Positions 23,505 to 36,380 of a DNA stretch of 64,000 nucleotides are shown here, piece after piece (the first letter of the stretch is position 1; each line of letters starts with the position of its first letter). Location: the NCBI GenBank assembly GCA_013265495.1, contig MU058582.1, forward strand, positions 62,001 to 126,000, read 5' to 3'. Source of the DNA: Vicugna vicugna. Its lineage: Eukaryota. The notes under the pieces are model-generated. The model saw nothing but the letters and a program-made list of their open reading frames with translations, made no database searches and had not been told where the DNA came from. Made by a program: the position numbers and the translations under genes.

Positions 23505-23600
23505 TCCTCACCCCATGGATGGAGACACGAGGCCCAGAGACCCTGAGTGACCTACCCATGGTCACGGCAGGGACTGAACCCCGGCTCCCTGCCCAACTCC
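23505..23600 (-). mobile_element. MIR SINE fragment (further MIR pieces near 26310, 31670, 35590-35790, 55300-55490, 56600-56760)
   Basis: gaggcccagaga...gtgacctacccatggtcac core motif. Confidence 0.55.
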
Positions 23601-26600
23601 AGATCTCAGCTCTGGACCCCTGGTTCCCACCACCTTCAGTGCCCTTCCCACCCCAACTAGGCCCTGCCTACTCACCTTCCTGGAGAGCTCCAAGCCCACC
23701 TAGACCCAGGCCCCCACCCTGGGACCCGTGGCCTAAGGGGACAGAAGTGTCAGGGCTGCAGATGGACCGAGGGGACAGGGACCTCGGGTCGGAGTGGCTG
23801 GCTTCCTCATGCCCCTCACCTCCTCTGGGGCAGAAGTCAGGGTCAGGGCACTGGAGGAGGGGCTGAGAAAGGGTCACATCTTCCTGGAGACCCTTCCTGG
23901 GTCTGGGTTCTGGGGGAGGGTCACCCTTGGTTACCCCAACACCAGGAGGGCTCCTGAGACCAGATCCCCACGCTCTCTGGTCCCAGCCACTTCCCCTTAG
24001 GATGTAGGAATTGCACCTTCAGTCAGGGGCCACTCTCCGAGGGAAAAACACAAGGAGCTGTGGGTCTGGGGGTCCAGAGAAGGGGGACCAGTGCCCAGCA
24101 CAGCAGGCTCTCAGAGGGCAGCTGATGGTGTGAAACCCCGGGGACCAGACCAGGACAGCGTGCCCCTGGCCCTCCAGAGCAGCAGGCTGGGTCCCCTTCT
24201 CCCCTGCCGACCCCCCGTGAGACCACATCTACCTCTGCCCTTTCCTGCTGACAACCCTCGGGGCTCCCACCTTCTCCGGGACATGAGGCGTCACCACAGT
24301 TCCTGGGAAGCATGCGGAGAGGCATCCCACAGTGGGGCCCTGACTTCTAGGAGCCTCAGGCCCACACTGGACAGACGTCCTGCCAAGGGGGCAGTCCGTG
24401 GGCCCTCATCTGTCTAGGGGCTTCACCTTTCCGATACTCTGACCCCTCCATGAATTCTCAGTGACATCCCATGTCCCTGTGGTCACTGTAACCACATCCT
24501 GCTCCAGTCCCCTACCCCACAGGCCAGCCCATGAATGACCAGCCCCTTCCAGGGCTCAGACCACCTGCTGCCCATTAGCAGCTCTTTCCAACATGCCCGA
24601 GCGTGTCCTGGCCCTGCCTGTCTGGCTCCGGCTGTAATGGAGGACCCAGCCACCCAGGCCAGTGGTCAGAGGGCTGGACGGCCGTCTCTCAGGCCCAACA
24701 CCAGCTTTCCAGCCTCAGCATCTCAGTGTGAAGTGTCAGTGTCCCTCCCGATGGCCATTGTAGGCCACAGACCTGATCCTAAGGGAGGAAACAACCCGGA
24801 AGTAATGAAATCCCTGGACCCATGGATGGCCCCTCTGCGACCTGAAAAACTCCTGGAGATTGTACTTGCTAATATGGAAACAGTAGGCAACTCTGCGTGA
24901 ACCCACCCTCTAGGGGCTGCATGGAGGAGCCCCCCTAAACCTGGGACACGGGGCACTCCGGCAGGGCCTCTGATTTCTGACCTCCCTCAGTTAGCGGGCA
25001 TCCCCATGGCTCGCAAGGCACTCAGTCACTCCAGGGTAAGCCATCCGGCTCGCCCAGGCTGCCCCTCCTGGCGGCTCCTCACCCATGCTCTGACCCTCGA
25101 GGGTGGCACATCTGGACACTGGTGGGCCGGTCCCTCTGGACACATGTCCCACCCAGGACCCGTCTCCAATGCCACCTTCTCTCCAGCATCACCCATCTCT
25201 CTCCTGCCCCTTAAGGCATGTCTCTGGGGGCTCCATGTCCCACTCCCTTCCTGCTGTCACCCCATCTCTCCCCTGCACTCCTAGGTACCAGTGACCTCCA
25301 GGTGGCTCAATCCAATAGTCCCATCTCTGTCCTCCCTGCTCTCAGCCTCTGGGTGGATTTGAGCACCATGCACCATTCTCTCCATTTTGAAGCCCCTCAG
25401 CCCCCGAACCCCCTCTCCTGGGTTCTTTTCTATCCCTCCCTGCCCCAAGTGTTTGTTCTGTGGGGCCGTCGGGGCCACGGGGGCTGGCTTCCTGGCTGCT
25501 CTTTCTTCTTAGTCTATGGGAGCCACAAACTGGCTGCATCTAAAAAGGTTCCTGTGTCTTCATCCACCCCACCTCTCAGCCTGGTTTACCATCAAGGCTC
25601 TGACCTCATTCCCGATGGTGGGAGCCCCACTCCAGCAGAGCTCGCCAGCCTGAGTCACCACCGGAGGGTGGGCACCTGTGGGCGGGCACCTGTGGGCAGG
25701 GGCTGCACCCCCTCAGTGCCTCAGAGGGTCAGCTGGGTGCTTGGCAGGGGTCATCCAACCCCTACATGACTCCTGATCTACTGACTGCTAGACTGACCCC
25801 AGCCCTGCCCAGTCATGGAACTGACTGTCCCAGCTCCACCTGGTTGTGGATTGATTGTCCCCATCTCTGTTGCAGGTGTCATCTCTCTGCCTTGAGGACG
25901 GTGACCCTGACCAAGAGCTGCTCGTAGCTCGTGCTTCACTTCCTGTGATCCCCAGACCACCCAGGAGGTGAGTGATATAGTACCCCTGACCTCAGGGACG
26001 AGACGGAGGTTCTCAGAGCTGAGGCAGCCCTCCCTGGTCCTGCAGGTGCTCAGGGCTGCACAGACGGTGAACACTCAGGCCCCCATCCCAAGGTCACCCT
26101 CCCTCCTGAGGAGGCCGTGCTCATGCTGGGCCAGGAGAAGGTGCTGAGCACAGGGCCCCTCTCGGCTTCTGGACACCAGAGCCATCCTTAAGGCTCTGGT
26201 GGGGCAAGTGGGCTTCTCAGTCTATACTGACTCGGCGGGGATGGGGATAGGCAGGAGGCGAGGCATGGACCCTCTGAGTCCACAAAGAAAAGAGAGCAGG
26301 CGTTGTGGGCCTATTTCACAGAGGAGAGAACTGAGGCTCTCAAGGGAGGATGGGGTTGGAGTAGCTGCCCGGGGTCACAGGCTGACCTGTCCTCAGGCTC
26401 TTTCCACGGCTCCTTGGCCCTGCATGATGGGTCACTCATTGACTCACTCATTCGTTCATTCAACAAACCCTCAATGATCACTGCTGTGGGCTGGGGCTGG
26501 GGGCTAGGAAACAGGACCACCTTCCCTGGGACAGCTGACCCCACCTCATCCTTAAGCCCTTAGATCAGGTCCCCACCTATGGTTGACCCCACCCCGAATT

Positions 26601-27162
26601 CCTAGGTCAGCTTCCTGCCCACCGCTGGCCCCACTGTGTCCTTGAGCCCCCAGGTCAGCTCCCCGCCCAGGGAGCATCTCCTGCACTCGTGGGATAAGAT
26701 TCCATCCACCCGCCCGGCCCCATGTGGGGGATGCCCCCAGCGGCCGACACTGGGCACCTCTCCAGGCTCGTCACAGCCCCTCATGGAGCCTCAGAGTCCC
26801 TGTCCGGGCCACCATTGCCCATTTCACAGAGGGACACTGACCATGAGGGGCTCACAGGGCCTGCGCTCCCAGCTCAGAGCCGGGGCAGCCCCTACGGGAC
26901 TAGTGGCCCCAGGACACCAGGTGGAGGGGTCCCAGCAGCAGGAGCCCCTCGTGGAATACACAGAGTCAGGTCAGGGAAAGGGCTTGGCCTCGCCCTGCCC
27001 CGCCTGCTGTGCGACCCAGGGTTGGAGTGGGTGCACAACCCACCTCCCTCCTGTTGGAGGCCAGGGCTGCCCGAGGTGATTGAGTCAGATGGGGGAGGAG
27101 GGCTGTGGCTTCCTCCACAGCCGAAAGGCAGAGCCCAGAATAGCCTCAGCCAGGGAGGCCAG

Positions 27163-27277
27163 AGGGGCCCTGGGGGAGGGGAGGTGACTGTAGGCCCTGG
27201 GGGAGGGGAAGAGAGGGGAGGTGACTGTAGGGCCCTGGGGGAGGGGAGAGGAGGGACTGCTGGGGCCCTGGGGAGGC
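27163..27277 (+). repeat. G-rich imperfect minisatellite (ggccctgggggagggga...gtgactgta)
   Basis: Three to four imperfect units seen directly. Confidence 0.85.
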
Positions 27278-30087
27278 CCCAGAGTTTCTGCTGAGCTGAG
27301 CTGGTGACTCTCTCATCTGCCCAGCCCCCTACAAGGCCTGTAAAGTCACCAAGAGAGGGTGGCCCAGCCAGACCTGGGCAGGGGAAACTCTTGTCCATCA
27401 CCTCAGTGTTCAAAGAGCCTAGCAGGGGTGGGGAGAGGGTCTGACCCCAGCCTGTGTCTCCCTGGGACATAGACCCTCACTCCCTACACAAAGTTCTAAA
27501 CTCAGGTTTCCAGTCGCCTTAAAACTCACTTCCAGAGGTGTCCGCAGAGCAGTCAGCCATCACAGCCCTGCTTGCTGGCTCAGTGACAAAGGACACAATG
27601 CAGTGACAGGCCACAGCTCTCAGAGTGGGCGCTCCTCCACCCCCTCCTTGGGGGCCTCTTCTTTGGGTCTCTGTCGCCCAGTCAGGTTCTGGGTCCCCGG
27701 CCCATCTGTGGCCCTGACAGGCAGCACCCTCCTCCCTGGGCTCCTGAGCAGACGTGTGGCTGCCCCGGGTCCCTAGCTGCACACACAGGAGCATCTCCAA
27801 CTGGCATCCATGGGCCAGACAGACGAGTCTTCCCCAAAAACACTGCTGTTCAGGAAACTGTGAGGTTTCAGGGGCACACATTCCATTGAGGTGGCCGGAG
27901 GAAACTCTGCTCCTCCGTGGTCACTGGGAGCGACTGCACACGGTCCTCGGGGACACAAATGCAGCAATGTGACCGAGAATAGTGGATCTGGGCAGAGCCA
28001 GTCTTTGAACCAGTTTTTCTGAAAAATCAGTTGATCACCTGGGACCACAGCAGACTTAATCCTGTTTGGCCAGGAATCCCCCAGTGACAGCTTCACCCAG
28101 AACACAGAGCCCAGGGACTGCAGACGGGGACCTGCTTCTTGGATTTCCCCAGACATTCCCAGTTTGTACCCATGTCCTGGTGAGATTATTAATAGCAACC
28201 CTTCTGATCCTAGAAATGTCCCATGGTGGATGAAAAATTTTGGTCTCCTGAGTTCAGGGTAACTGTTTCCTGAATGACTGAATGGCCTCCCTATAATGGG
28301 TTACAATGTGGGGCCTGAGGCCATGCGGACACTGTGCAGCCATCCAGTGCTCTGTGGGTCTGGCCCTCCCAGCCTGTGAGAGGCCTAGATGTGACCCTTC
28401 CGCCATTTCCTGCCCAGTGACAGCACAGCTTGTGTGGGCACCAGCAAGGGACGAGTCCTCTGGGAAGAACTTGTCCCAGGGGAAATAGACAGGTATCAGG
28501 GAGACTGTCTCAGAGCAGCCAGGACAGGGGCCAGGGGAGGGGCTGCGTCATCAGACACCCAGTGTCCACTCTGGGGACAGAGTAACTAACAGTCAGCATG
28601 ACCTCCAGGACTCCACCACTCATGTGTTTCCCCACAAGCCCCCATCTCGTGGTGACACTGTCTTCCTGTAGCCACATCAACACCCCAGGTCCCTCCTGCT
28701 CCTTCGCATTCGGCCTGGGTACATGGGATGTCAGGGCTGGCGTCCCCTGTGCCTGGGTCTGTGCTGGCACCACAGCCTGAACCACCCTCGGGTCCTCACC
28801 AGGATGGACCATCCCTGCCCGCCCAGGGCCCAGCCTGCCAGGGAGACGTCGGGGTCTCCTGAGCATCCTGGGAGGAGGGAGGATGCTTCGGAGGGTGCTG
28901 GGCCTCGGCTGCAGGGCATTGCGGCTGGGGAAGGGGGACCCCAGGCCAGTCTGAGCCCACCCCAGGTTTTCTGGTCGGGCAGGGCTCCTAGTGTATGTGG
29001 ACATGGCCCAAAGCAAAGCCACCGCCCAGCAGCCCTTTCCTGAGCCCATACACGTGCAGGGACCTCAGTGGTGGCAATGTAGCCCAGCCGGGGGCTCAAG
29101 ACAGTGGTGGCGGACAGGGAACCGGCTGGTAGAGAGAGAGACGGTGTTGTGCAGGACAGGCTCCCGCACTGGGAAGACCATCCGGGGTGGGGGTGGGGCA
29201 GGGCAGGGGTGGGGGGTGCCAGGCACGGAGGCAGCCAGGGGCCAGGAGAGCCCTGACTCCAGGTTGGTGGCTGGGGACCCATGTCCCCTCTGTGCAGTCG
29301 GGTTGGGGTTAATGGAACCTCACTCCCTGGAGGGATGGGAGGGACGGTCAGATGGAAAATGGACGTTTGGCTCATCGCTGTGTGTGACTGTTGTGGCCGT
29401 TGGGATTGGACTATTCTGGCCGCAGCTGGCCTCAGGCCAGCACCCCTGGGCTCCCCACGTGCCCCACACCCTCACCCCCTGCAGCTGCCCTGGCGAAACC
29501 AAGAGGCCCTGACACCCGAAATAGCCAGAAAACCCCGCCTGGCTCAGCCCTGGCAGCAGGTGCCGCCCTCTACCCGGGGTGGGGGGGAGGGGTGGCTCCA
29601 GTTCTGGAAGCTTCTGCCAGCCCAGCTGGAGAAGGGGGCTGCATCCCAGCATCCAGGCCGCCCAAGCCCCTGTGCCCAGGCCTGAGCAGGGCAGCAATCA
29701 CACGAATCAATTGTCAGAAGCAGCATTTTCAGTCCTGAATTGTGGAGCCCCCAGGAACCTTTCTAAATGCCAGGAACGGAGCTGCGGCCGACCGTGGGCA
29801 CAGCCAGACACTTGGAACTCAGAGGAGCCCCAGGTGGGCAGGCCTGGCCAGGGCTGGACGTGGGACACTATGGGTCACACCTCACCTGCTGCCCCCACAT
29901 CTGGGACTCTTCAGGAAGGGGTATTGGGCCAAGTACGGGGAAGGGGAGAGAAATGGGGACCCTCATTTGTTGCCCTGGGGGCCCTGGGACTGGGGTAATA
30001 ACAGAGATCCCAGAAGCGTAACTGTTCCCCGTGAGGACTCACAGGGTCCTCCTCCAGTGGACGGGACCTTAGGTTGGTTAATCACTC

Positions 30088-30161
30088 ATCCATCTGTCCA
30101 TATATCTGTCTGTCCACCCATCGTCCATCCATCATCCATCCATCCATCCATCCATCCATCC
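30088..30161. repeat. (CCAT)n simple repeat
   Basis: Seen directly. Confidence 0.85.
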
Positions 30162-32469
30162 AAAAAGCATCCCTGAGGCCTTATGGGGGTCTGGCCTGTG
30201 TGGAGCTCTTAGTTACACATGATCCAGGTGGGACTGGCCCGGTCAAGGCCAAAGTCAGACCTGGAATGTTCATCCTTCACCATAGAAGGAGGGTGCTTTG
30301 TAAACTGGGTACCTTGTTTCCTGCCCAGTCTGCCCCGTGCTGAGTGGAGATGCTGAAACTAAAGAGAGGGCAAGAGTTGTGACAGACGGGCCAGAGCGGT
30401 GAGGCCTGATGCCCCTGCCCTGTGGGTGACCAGATCCCCCAAAAGCCCCCATTATAGGCTTCCCTGATCCATCCAGGCTGACTCTCCCTCTCTCCTCTCC
30501 TCTCCTCCCTGTCCTTCCCCAATCAGAGAGATTCTCAGAACTTTCAAGGGATCTGAGGTCCTGATGGGAGTGGAGGTGGGGGACCAAGTAAGGACCCTGC
30601 CACAGTTTCCTGAGTTCACCCTAAAGATGGTGGCACTTCACCAGCTCATTCTCAGGAGACACTGCCAGTAGGTCCCCCAGCCCAGGGAAGCCAGGAGCCA
30701 GGCCTGCAGGCCACAGGGGTAGCACCATGTCCTGGGAGCAAGTACCCACCTCACGAGCCTGGGAGCATGCAGCCCTCACCCTAGCCATGATCAATCAGCT
30801 CATCCCCTCTGTTCACTTCCATCACCCCTCACCTCCCCTGTGGGCCCAGGTCAGGTCCTGGGAGGGTGATGCTAAGCCAAGGAGCCTGCTCAGCCCAGGG
30901 CTCATGGCACTGGCAAGACCTTCCCCCAGCAGCAAACAGTAGTGGAGAAGACAAGGGGAGGGGGTCCTGGGCGGTCAGCAAAGGGGGTCTGGGAGCAGCA
31001 GCAACTTCACCACCTCAAAGCAGGGCCATGGAGCAGGACCCCGGGGCTGACGGGCAGAGGGAGGAAAGGCCTCCTGGGGGTTCAGCATGAGCAAAGGCAC
31101 AGAGGTGGCTGCAGCACACGGGCCCCCAGAGCACCCCAGCCCTCCTCCTCCAAGACCCCAGACTCCTGTCTCCCACGCTTCCTGCCCCGCTCCCCTGCTC
31201 ACCACCCAGGAATCCCTGGCATTCTGTGCCACGTGGCTGGGCCCTGCCCTGGGAAGGAAGGAGCATCGGACACAGACAGGGACAGTGGGCAGAGAGGGAT
31301 GGCAGAGGATGCTGGGAGGCAGGCGCAGGGAGGGGCCCTGGAGTGGAGGGCCCAGAGCTCTCCGGGGTGGACGGGGGTCTGTGCCACAGGCAGGATGAGG
31401 TGGGGAAGGGTGTGAATGCAAACAGTGAGCCTGGCCGGTGGGCAAGAGTGCCCCAAGCCCCGGAGCCCAGCAGAGGGGCAGGGATGGGGCTCAGAGGAGG
31501 TGAGGCTGGGGACAGAGGCCTCAGTCCTGACCAGATCTGCGATTCCAAATGGCAACTGGGCCCTGAGACTCTGGAGTGGCCTATTGTCCCCAGACCACTT
31601 ATAAAACATGGGACATGCATTACCCAGCTGAGAAACTCACAGATTCCATGAGGCTGACAGCCAGGATCATGGTCTCATCTCACAGGGAGGCAAACTGAGG
31701 CCCAAAATGATTAACCTCCCGGAGAGCAAGACAGAGCCAGCTCCTGGTGTCCCACCTCCCAGCCTGGGCCTCCCATCTGATGCGTGGGAAGTTCAGGAAG
31801 GCCTGTATGGAGACCTGCCCTCTGCCCAGCCCCAGATATGCTCATGTGGGGCCACCTCCCTCCATCCTTCCCCAGCCCCGACCTGTTCCAGGGGAGCAGA
31901 AAGGAGGCCCCAGAGTGGACTCGGGGGGCCCTCCCCCTCCCCCGCCAGGGCCGGTGGCAAAGGTCCCAGGGGGAGATTTCGCCGGGAGCGCAGACCTCAG
32001 GGTGGATGGGTAGGGGTACCCCCAGACGCAGCCCGCTCAGCCCTTAACCTTGGGCCATTTGCTTCCCTCTGTGACCTTGGCTTCCTTGTCCATACGGGGG
32101 TGATAACCAGCCTCTCTCCCACAGGGAGGGCTTGGGGATTAAAGGAACTGATGCCTGAGATGTGCCTTGACCACGGAGACCCTCACCCACCCAAGCCATT
32201 GCTGACACCACCTGGGTGTTTGCCCGGGGATGCCTCTGACACACTGTGTGACCCTGGGCAAGTTGCTTCCCTTCTCTGGGCCCCAGCCTTCCCCTCTGCT
32301 CAGGAAGTGCTGGGTAAGGGGCCCCATGGGCCAGAAATTGTAGGAAAACTGTAGGATTCTTGGCTGAAGGATTTGGTGCAGAGACTCTAGGCCTGGAGGG
32401 GCAGAGAGGCCCGAGGTCAGAGCAAGTAGGGGTCGGTCCAGGGCAAGGAGGTGGGAGTGGAGTGGTGGC

Positions 32470-32695
32470 CCTGTCTGCAGCTGGCCACCCCTGGGAATCC
32501 CCAGGCTAAAGTTAACCCTGCGTTGGCTGAAACCAGAACTCAGGGTGACAAACCGGAGAAGTAAGGGGAAGAGAAACTGAGACGTGGGCAGCAGAGCGTG
32601 GGATGGGTGACAAACAGGGCCAGGTGCGGCCCCGGGTGGGGACAGGGCAGTTTCAGGGCTGTAGCCGGATGTTTATGCAGCTCACAGGTGGGAGT
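32470..32695 (+). promoter_or_regulatory. Probable Ig lambda 3' enhancer core
   Basis: CAGCTG 32478, kB-type GGGAATCCCC 32493-32502, MEF2-like CTAAAGTTAA 32506-32515, Ets-IRF composite GGAAGAGAAA 32567-32576 in a lambdaB-like context (gagaagtaaggggaagagaaac), CAGGTG at 32621 and 32685; about 11 kb 3' of the last J-C unit. Confidence 0.7.
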
Positions 32696-33394
32696 AGCAG
32701 AGCTCTCCCCCAGCATCCAGCCCCCTCCCAGCCCCGGCCTGGGCCTGGTGCTGCCCCCTGGCTGCCTCCCCGCATCCTCCCAGGCTCCCCCCTGGGTCCT
32801 GGAATCCTGGAGGGCCCGACCCCAAGGGGCCAGTGGTGGCCCCACTGTCAGCAGGGCCGCTGGGAAGGCATGACCAGGACCACTGAGTGAGTCGGCCCCA
32901 GGGTGGGGGGCTCTGGCCTGGGCCTCTGGCAGCAGAGAGAATGGATGGGTGGGCATGGGGGTGAGCACAGGCGTATGGACTTCCCAAGACCCCTTGATTC
33001 TGAGTGGCCCCAAAGAGACACAGTCCAGCCTTTCAGGAGGGAATTCGTCCCCATGCCCATGGCCTGGGGACGCAGTGTCCTCTGACCTAGCAGCCCTGCC
33101 CACGGGAGTTATCATCGGCCCTGCACCCCAAGACCCCGAGGTGTGCCCTGCCCTGTACTTCTAACAGCAATGCGTTCAGACAGGCTGATGTCCGCAGCTC
33201 CAAACAGCCTTGGGGATGTGCCACAGACGGATCCCATTGCGGGGGACAGTGGGACTCAGGCAGGTGACGAGAGGAGGTCTCATCTGAGCCCAGCTTTGTG
33301 AAGAGGCCATGCCTGTGTACAGAGAAGAGTCCAGAAGGGCACACACCGGCACACGGTCTGCCCTGCTAGTGGGATCAGATGTTTATTTTCTTCT

Positions 33395-33523
33395 TTTTTT
33401 TCCTGTATTCTTTTTTTTTTAATTGAAGTAGAGTCCATTTACGATGCTGTGTTAATTTCTGGCGTACAGCATAGTAATTCAGTTATACAGATATATATTC
33501 CTTTTCTTATTTTTCATCATAGG
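33395..33523 (-). mobile_element. Short 5'-truncated L1 insertion
   Basis: Poly(T) then an L1 3' end; 15-bp TSD TGTTTATTTTCTTCT at 33380-33394 and 33524-33538. Confidence 0.85.
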
Positions 33524-35009
33524 TGTTTATTTTCTTCTCTATGAATCTCTACACTTTCTGATTTCTCAAAGAACATCGATGATTTTTATCATCAGAAAAC
33601 AAAACAGCACACTGAGTTACGATCGAAGACTCTCTAAAAATGGTATATTCGAAAGTTTGAACAGCATCATGAAAATATTACTCCCAAGAGCCTGTCAACC
33701 TGGCCCATGTGAGTGGGTGTCTCTTTGTCTACATCTGTATCCAGGCCCACACCTCTTACCTGGGGCTTCCTGGGGGGGGGGGGGTGGACCCGCAGGTTAT
33801 GTTGGTTTACATTTGGTACATGTGACTTTTCTGATTGTTCTACAATGATTATATATTCATTGGGTAATTATGAAAAAACAAGGGTTTTCTTTTCACTTAA
33901 GTAAGTATAGTTAGTCCAATTCACTTAACATTAAAAAATGTGTATTGCTTGCCTGCTGTATCCGTGACAGTCTGGGTGCAGGGTTGGGATTACATTGCTG
34001 AAAAGACAGCCATCCCTCTTGGGCAGTGATGCAATCGTGGAAATGTACGTGGAAAGAGGTCATTTTAAAATGGATTCTTTCCTCTAAGTCTTAGGTTCTA
34101 TCCAAATCCATGAAAACTCTCCCACAGCTCTAACTCCACATCCAGACACCAGGAAGGTCACTGAGCCCCTAAAAAAGAGAGAAGGTATTCCAGGAGGCTG
34201 GACGCCCGGCAGCAGGCTCTGGGCAAAGAGGACTGGACAACAGCACCCCCTTTTAAATACAGTTAAAAACGTAAGCGTGGGCCATTGCAAAGCAGACATT
34301 TAAGCAATTTCTGCAAAGAGCAATAAAAACCTTCTTACAAGTAAAGCAGATTAGCATGGAACACTGTCCAGGATCAGCCAAAGTTGTGAAGGAAAGAGGG
34401 GTTGCCTGAAGCAGATGAGAAGGGACTTCAAGAGTTTTGACCAGTCCTTTGGACAGGAAGAATTATGCAGTAGATCAGAGGATGGTCTGTGGAAGTGGGG
34501 AGTCCTGGGTTGTCAAACTTCTCTGCCACGTAGACAGCAGTTTATTTTGGCAGCTAATTAGGTTAGAAATTACTGTTGGCAACTCACTCTGCATTACATA
34601 GAGCTTGTCCATTCTAATTACACTTATGGTAGCTATGAGGGTTTGTATGTGTTTTCTCTCTTTTCTTATATTCCTAAAATCACCACTTAAACTTTCCACT
34701 TAAGGCCATTGCCAGCTATCAGCTCTGTAAGTGACATGAGGACAGACACCACCCCTCACTGTTCACTCCTCACTTTCTCCCCAGAAAAACATCAGTTTTT
34801 AAGCCAATTCAGTGAGTCTGGTGCTGTGACCCAGAGCCCAAAAGGGCAGGAACCAAACAGCCATCGCTCCAGGCTGCCTGCCTTTTGCCTCAGCAGGACA
34901 AAGGAAGAGGTGCTGCCCCTCCCAAGTCTGCAAATTCGGCATCTCACCCCCAGCCCGGTGCCTGGTAACTTCAAGGCTCTCAATAAACAGTCTCAATAAA
35001 CAAGGACGG

Positions 35010-35262
35010 GAATGAAGGAAGGAAGAAATGGATGGGTGGGTAGAGGATGAGTGGGTGGGTGGGTGCATGGATGGGGAAGTAGGTGGATTATTGATGGCTG
35101 TGTAGGTGGATGGGTGGATATGTGGTTGGATAGATGGATGGATGGGTGGATGACAGATGAATGGTTGATGAATGGGTGGATAAGTGGGTAGATTAGTGGG
35201 TTCATAGATAGGTTAATAGTTGGATGGGTGAATAGATGGATGGATAGTTGGGTGGGTGGATA
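35010..35262. repeat. (TGGA/TGGG)n degenerate simple repeat
   Basis: Seen directly. Confidence 0.9.
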
Positions 35263-35919
35263 GATCCTAATCATGAGAAACACAAGTGCCTGGCAGCTCC
35301 ATGGAAAAGGACTTAGCCCAACACCTATCTCAGCTCTGATCCTGACTTGATGTGACCTTGGGCCATTTCCTTAATGCCCCTAAGCCTTGTCCCCTCACAG
35401 GCAAAGAGGATGTCAGGCCCAGCCCTGCCCACCTCACAAGCTGTGGGGAAGGACCCTGGAAGGACACACACGCATGAAGATGCTTTAGAAACCCAAGAGG
35501 CTTCTCAAATGCGTTCTCAGTGCTGGAAGGACCTTGCAGGTCATGGAGCTGACTCCCCGCCGGGCTTGAATCCCAGCTTGTGGTAAGAGCCTGAGCTTGG
35601 AACCCAGACAGACCCAGGTTCTAGTCCCGGCTCCACCACTTTCCAGGGGTGTGACCTTGGGTAGGTGACCATCCTCCCTGGGTCCTCCTCTGTGATGAGG
35701 AGGTGTTGAAAGTGGCAGCTACCCCTCAGGGCTGTGAGAGGATTCAGGGAGATAATTCAGGGAAGCACTCAGCACAGCACCCAGCAAGGGTGCAAGGATG
35801 GATCCAAGGTCCACCCACTGGGGTCCCAAAGAAGAGGCCCAGTGCCCTCCTCTCTGAGCCCAGGGGCCCGGATCCTGGAGTGGTCCCAGGACATCTAGCT
35901 CAGGGGCTTGAGAAACCCT

Positions 35920-36380
35920 TGTCAATGAGAATAATCACTTAACAATCAATAATAAGAATAGAAAAGATGTTTATTTGAGCCAAACTGAGGACAAGCCTGG
36001 AAGCCCGCTTCCCAGATGGCTCTGAGAAACTGCCCCAGAGAAGCATGGTTTCCAGTGCAGTTTTATGTCTTGTCAGAATAAAGAACATTAAACAAGTCAG
36101 GGATACACTTCTTCAAGGTTTAAAAAACCCAGACCAGCACCTACATGGACAGCAGGTATAATACAGTGTGCGAGGAAGAAGGACATTTAATCTTTATTTC
36201 TAACAGGGACATTCTTTACTTCTGGTCAATGTACCCTTTTCTTACATAATTAAAGCAGATGTACAATGTATATTTGTTGGGCCACAAACAGGCTGTTTTA
36301 GTTAGTATCAAATTCAAGTTAACTCATGTATAAGCCAGAATGACTTCCCTGTATCTCAATATGTGAACATTTCTTTGATA
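35920..36380 (-). mobile_element. Solo LTR (ERV-type, 461 bp)
   Basis: TGTCAA...TTGATA inverted ends, flanking ACCCT/GCCCT, AT-rich island in GC-rich DNA, TTTATT near the left end. Confidence 0.65.
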
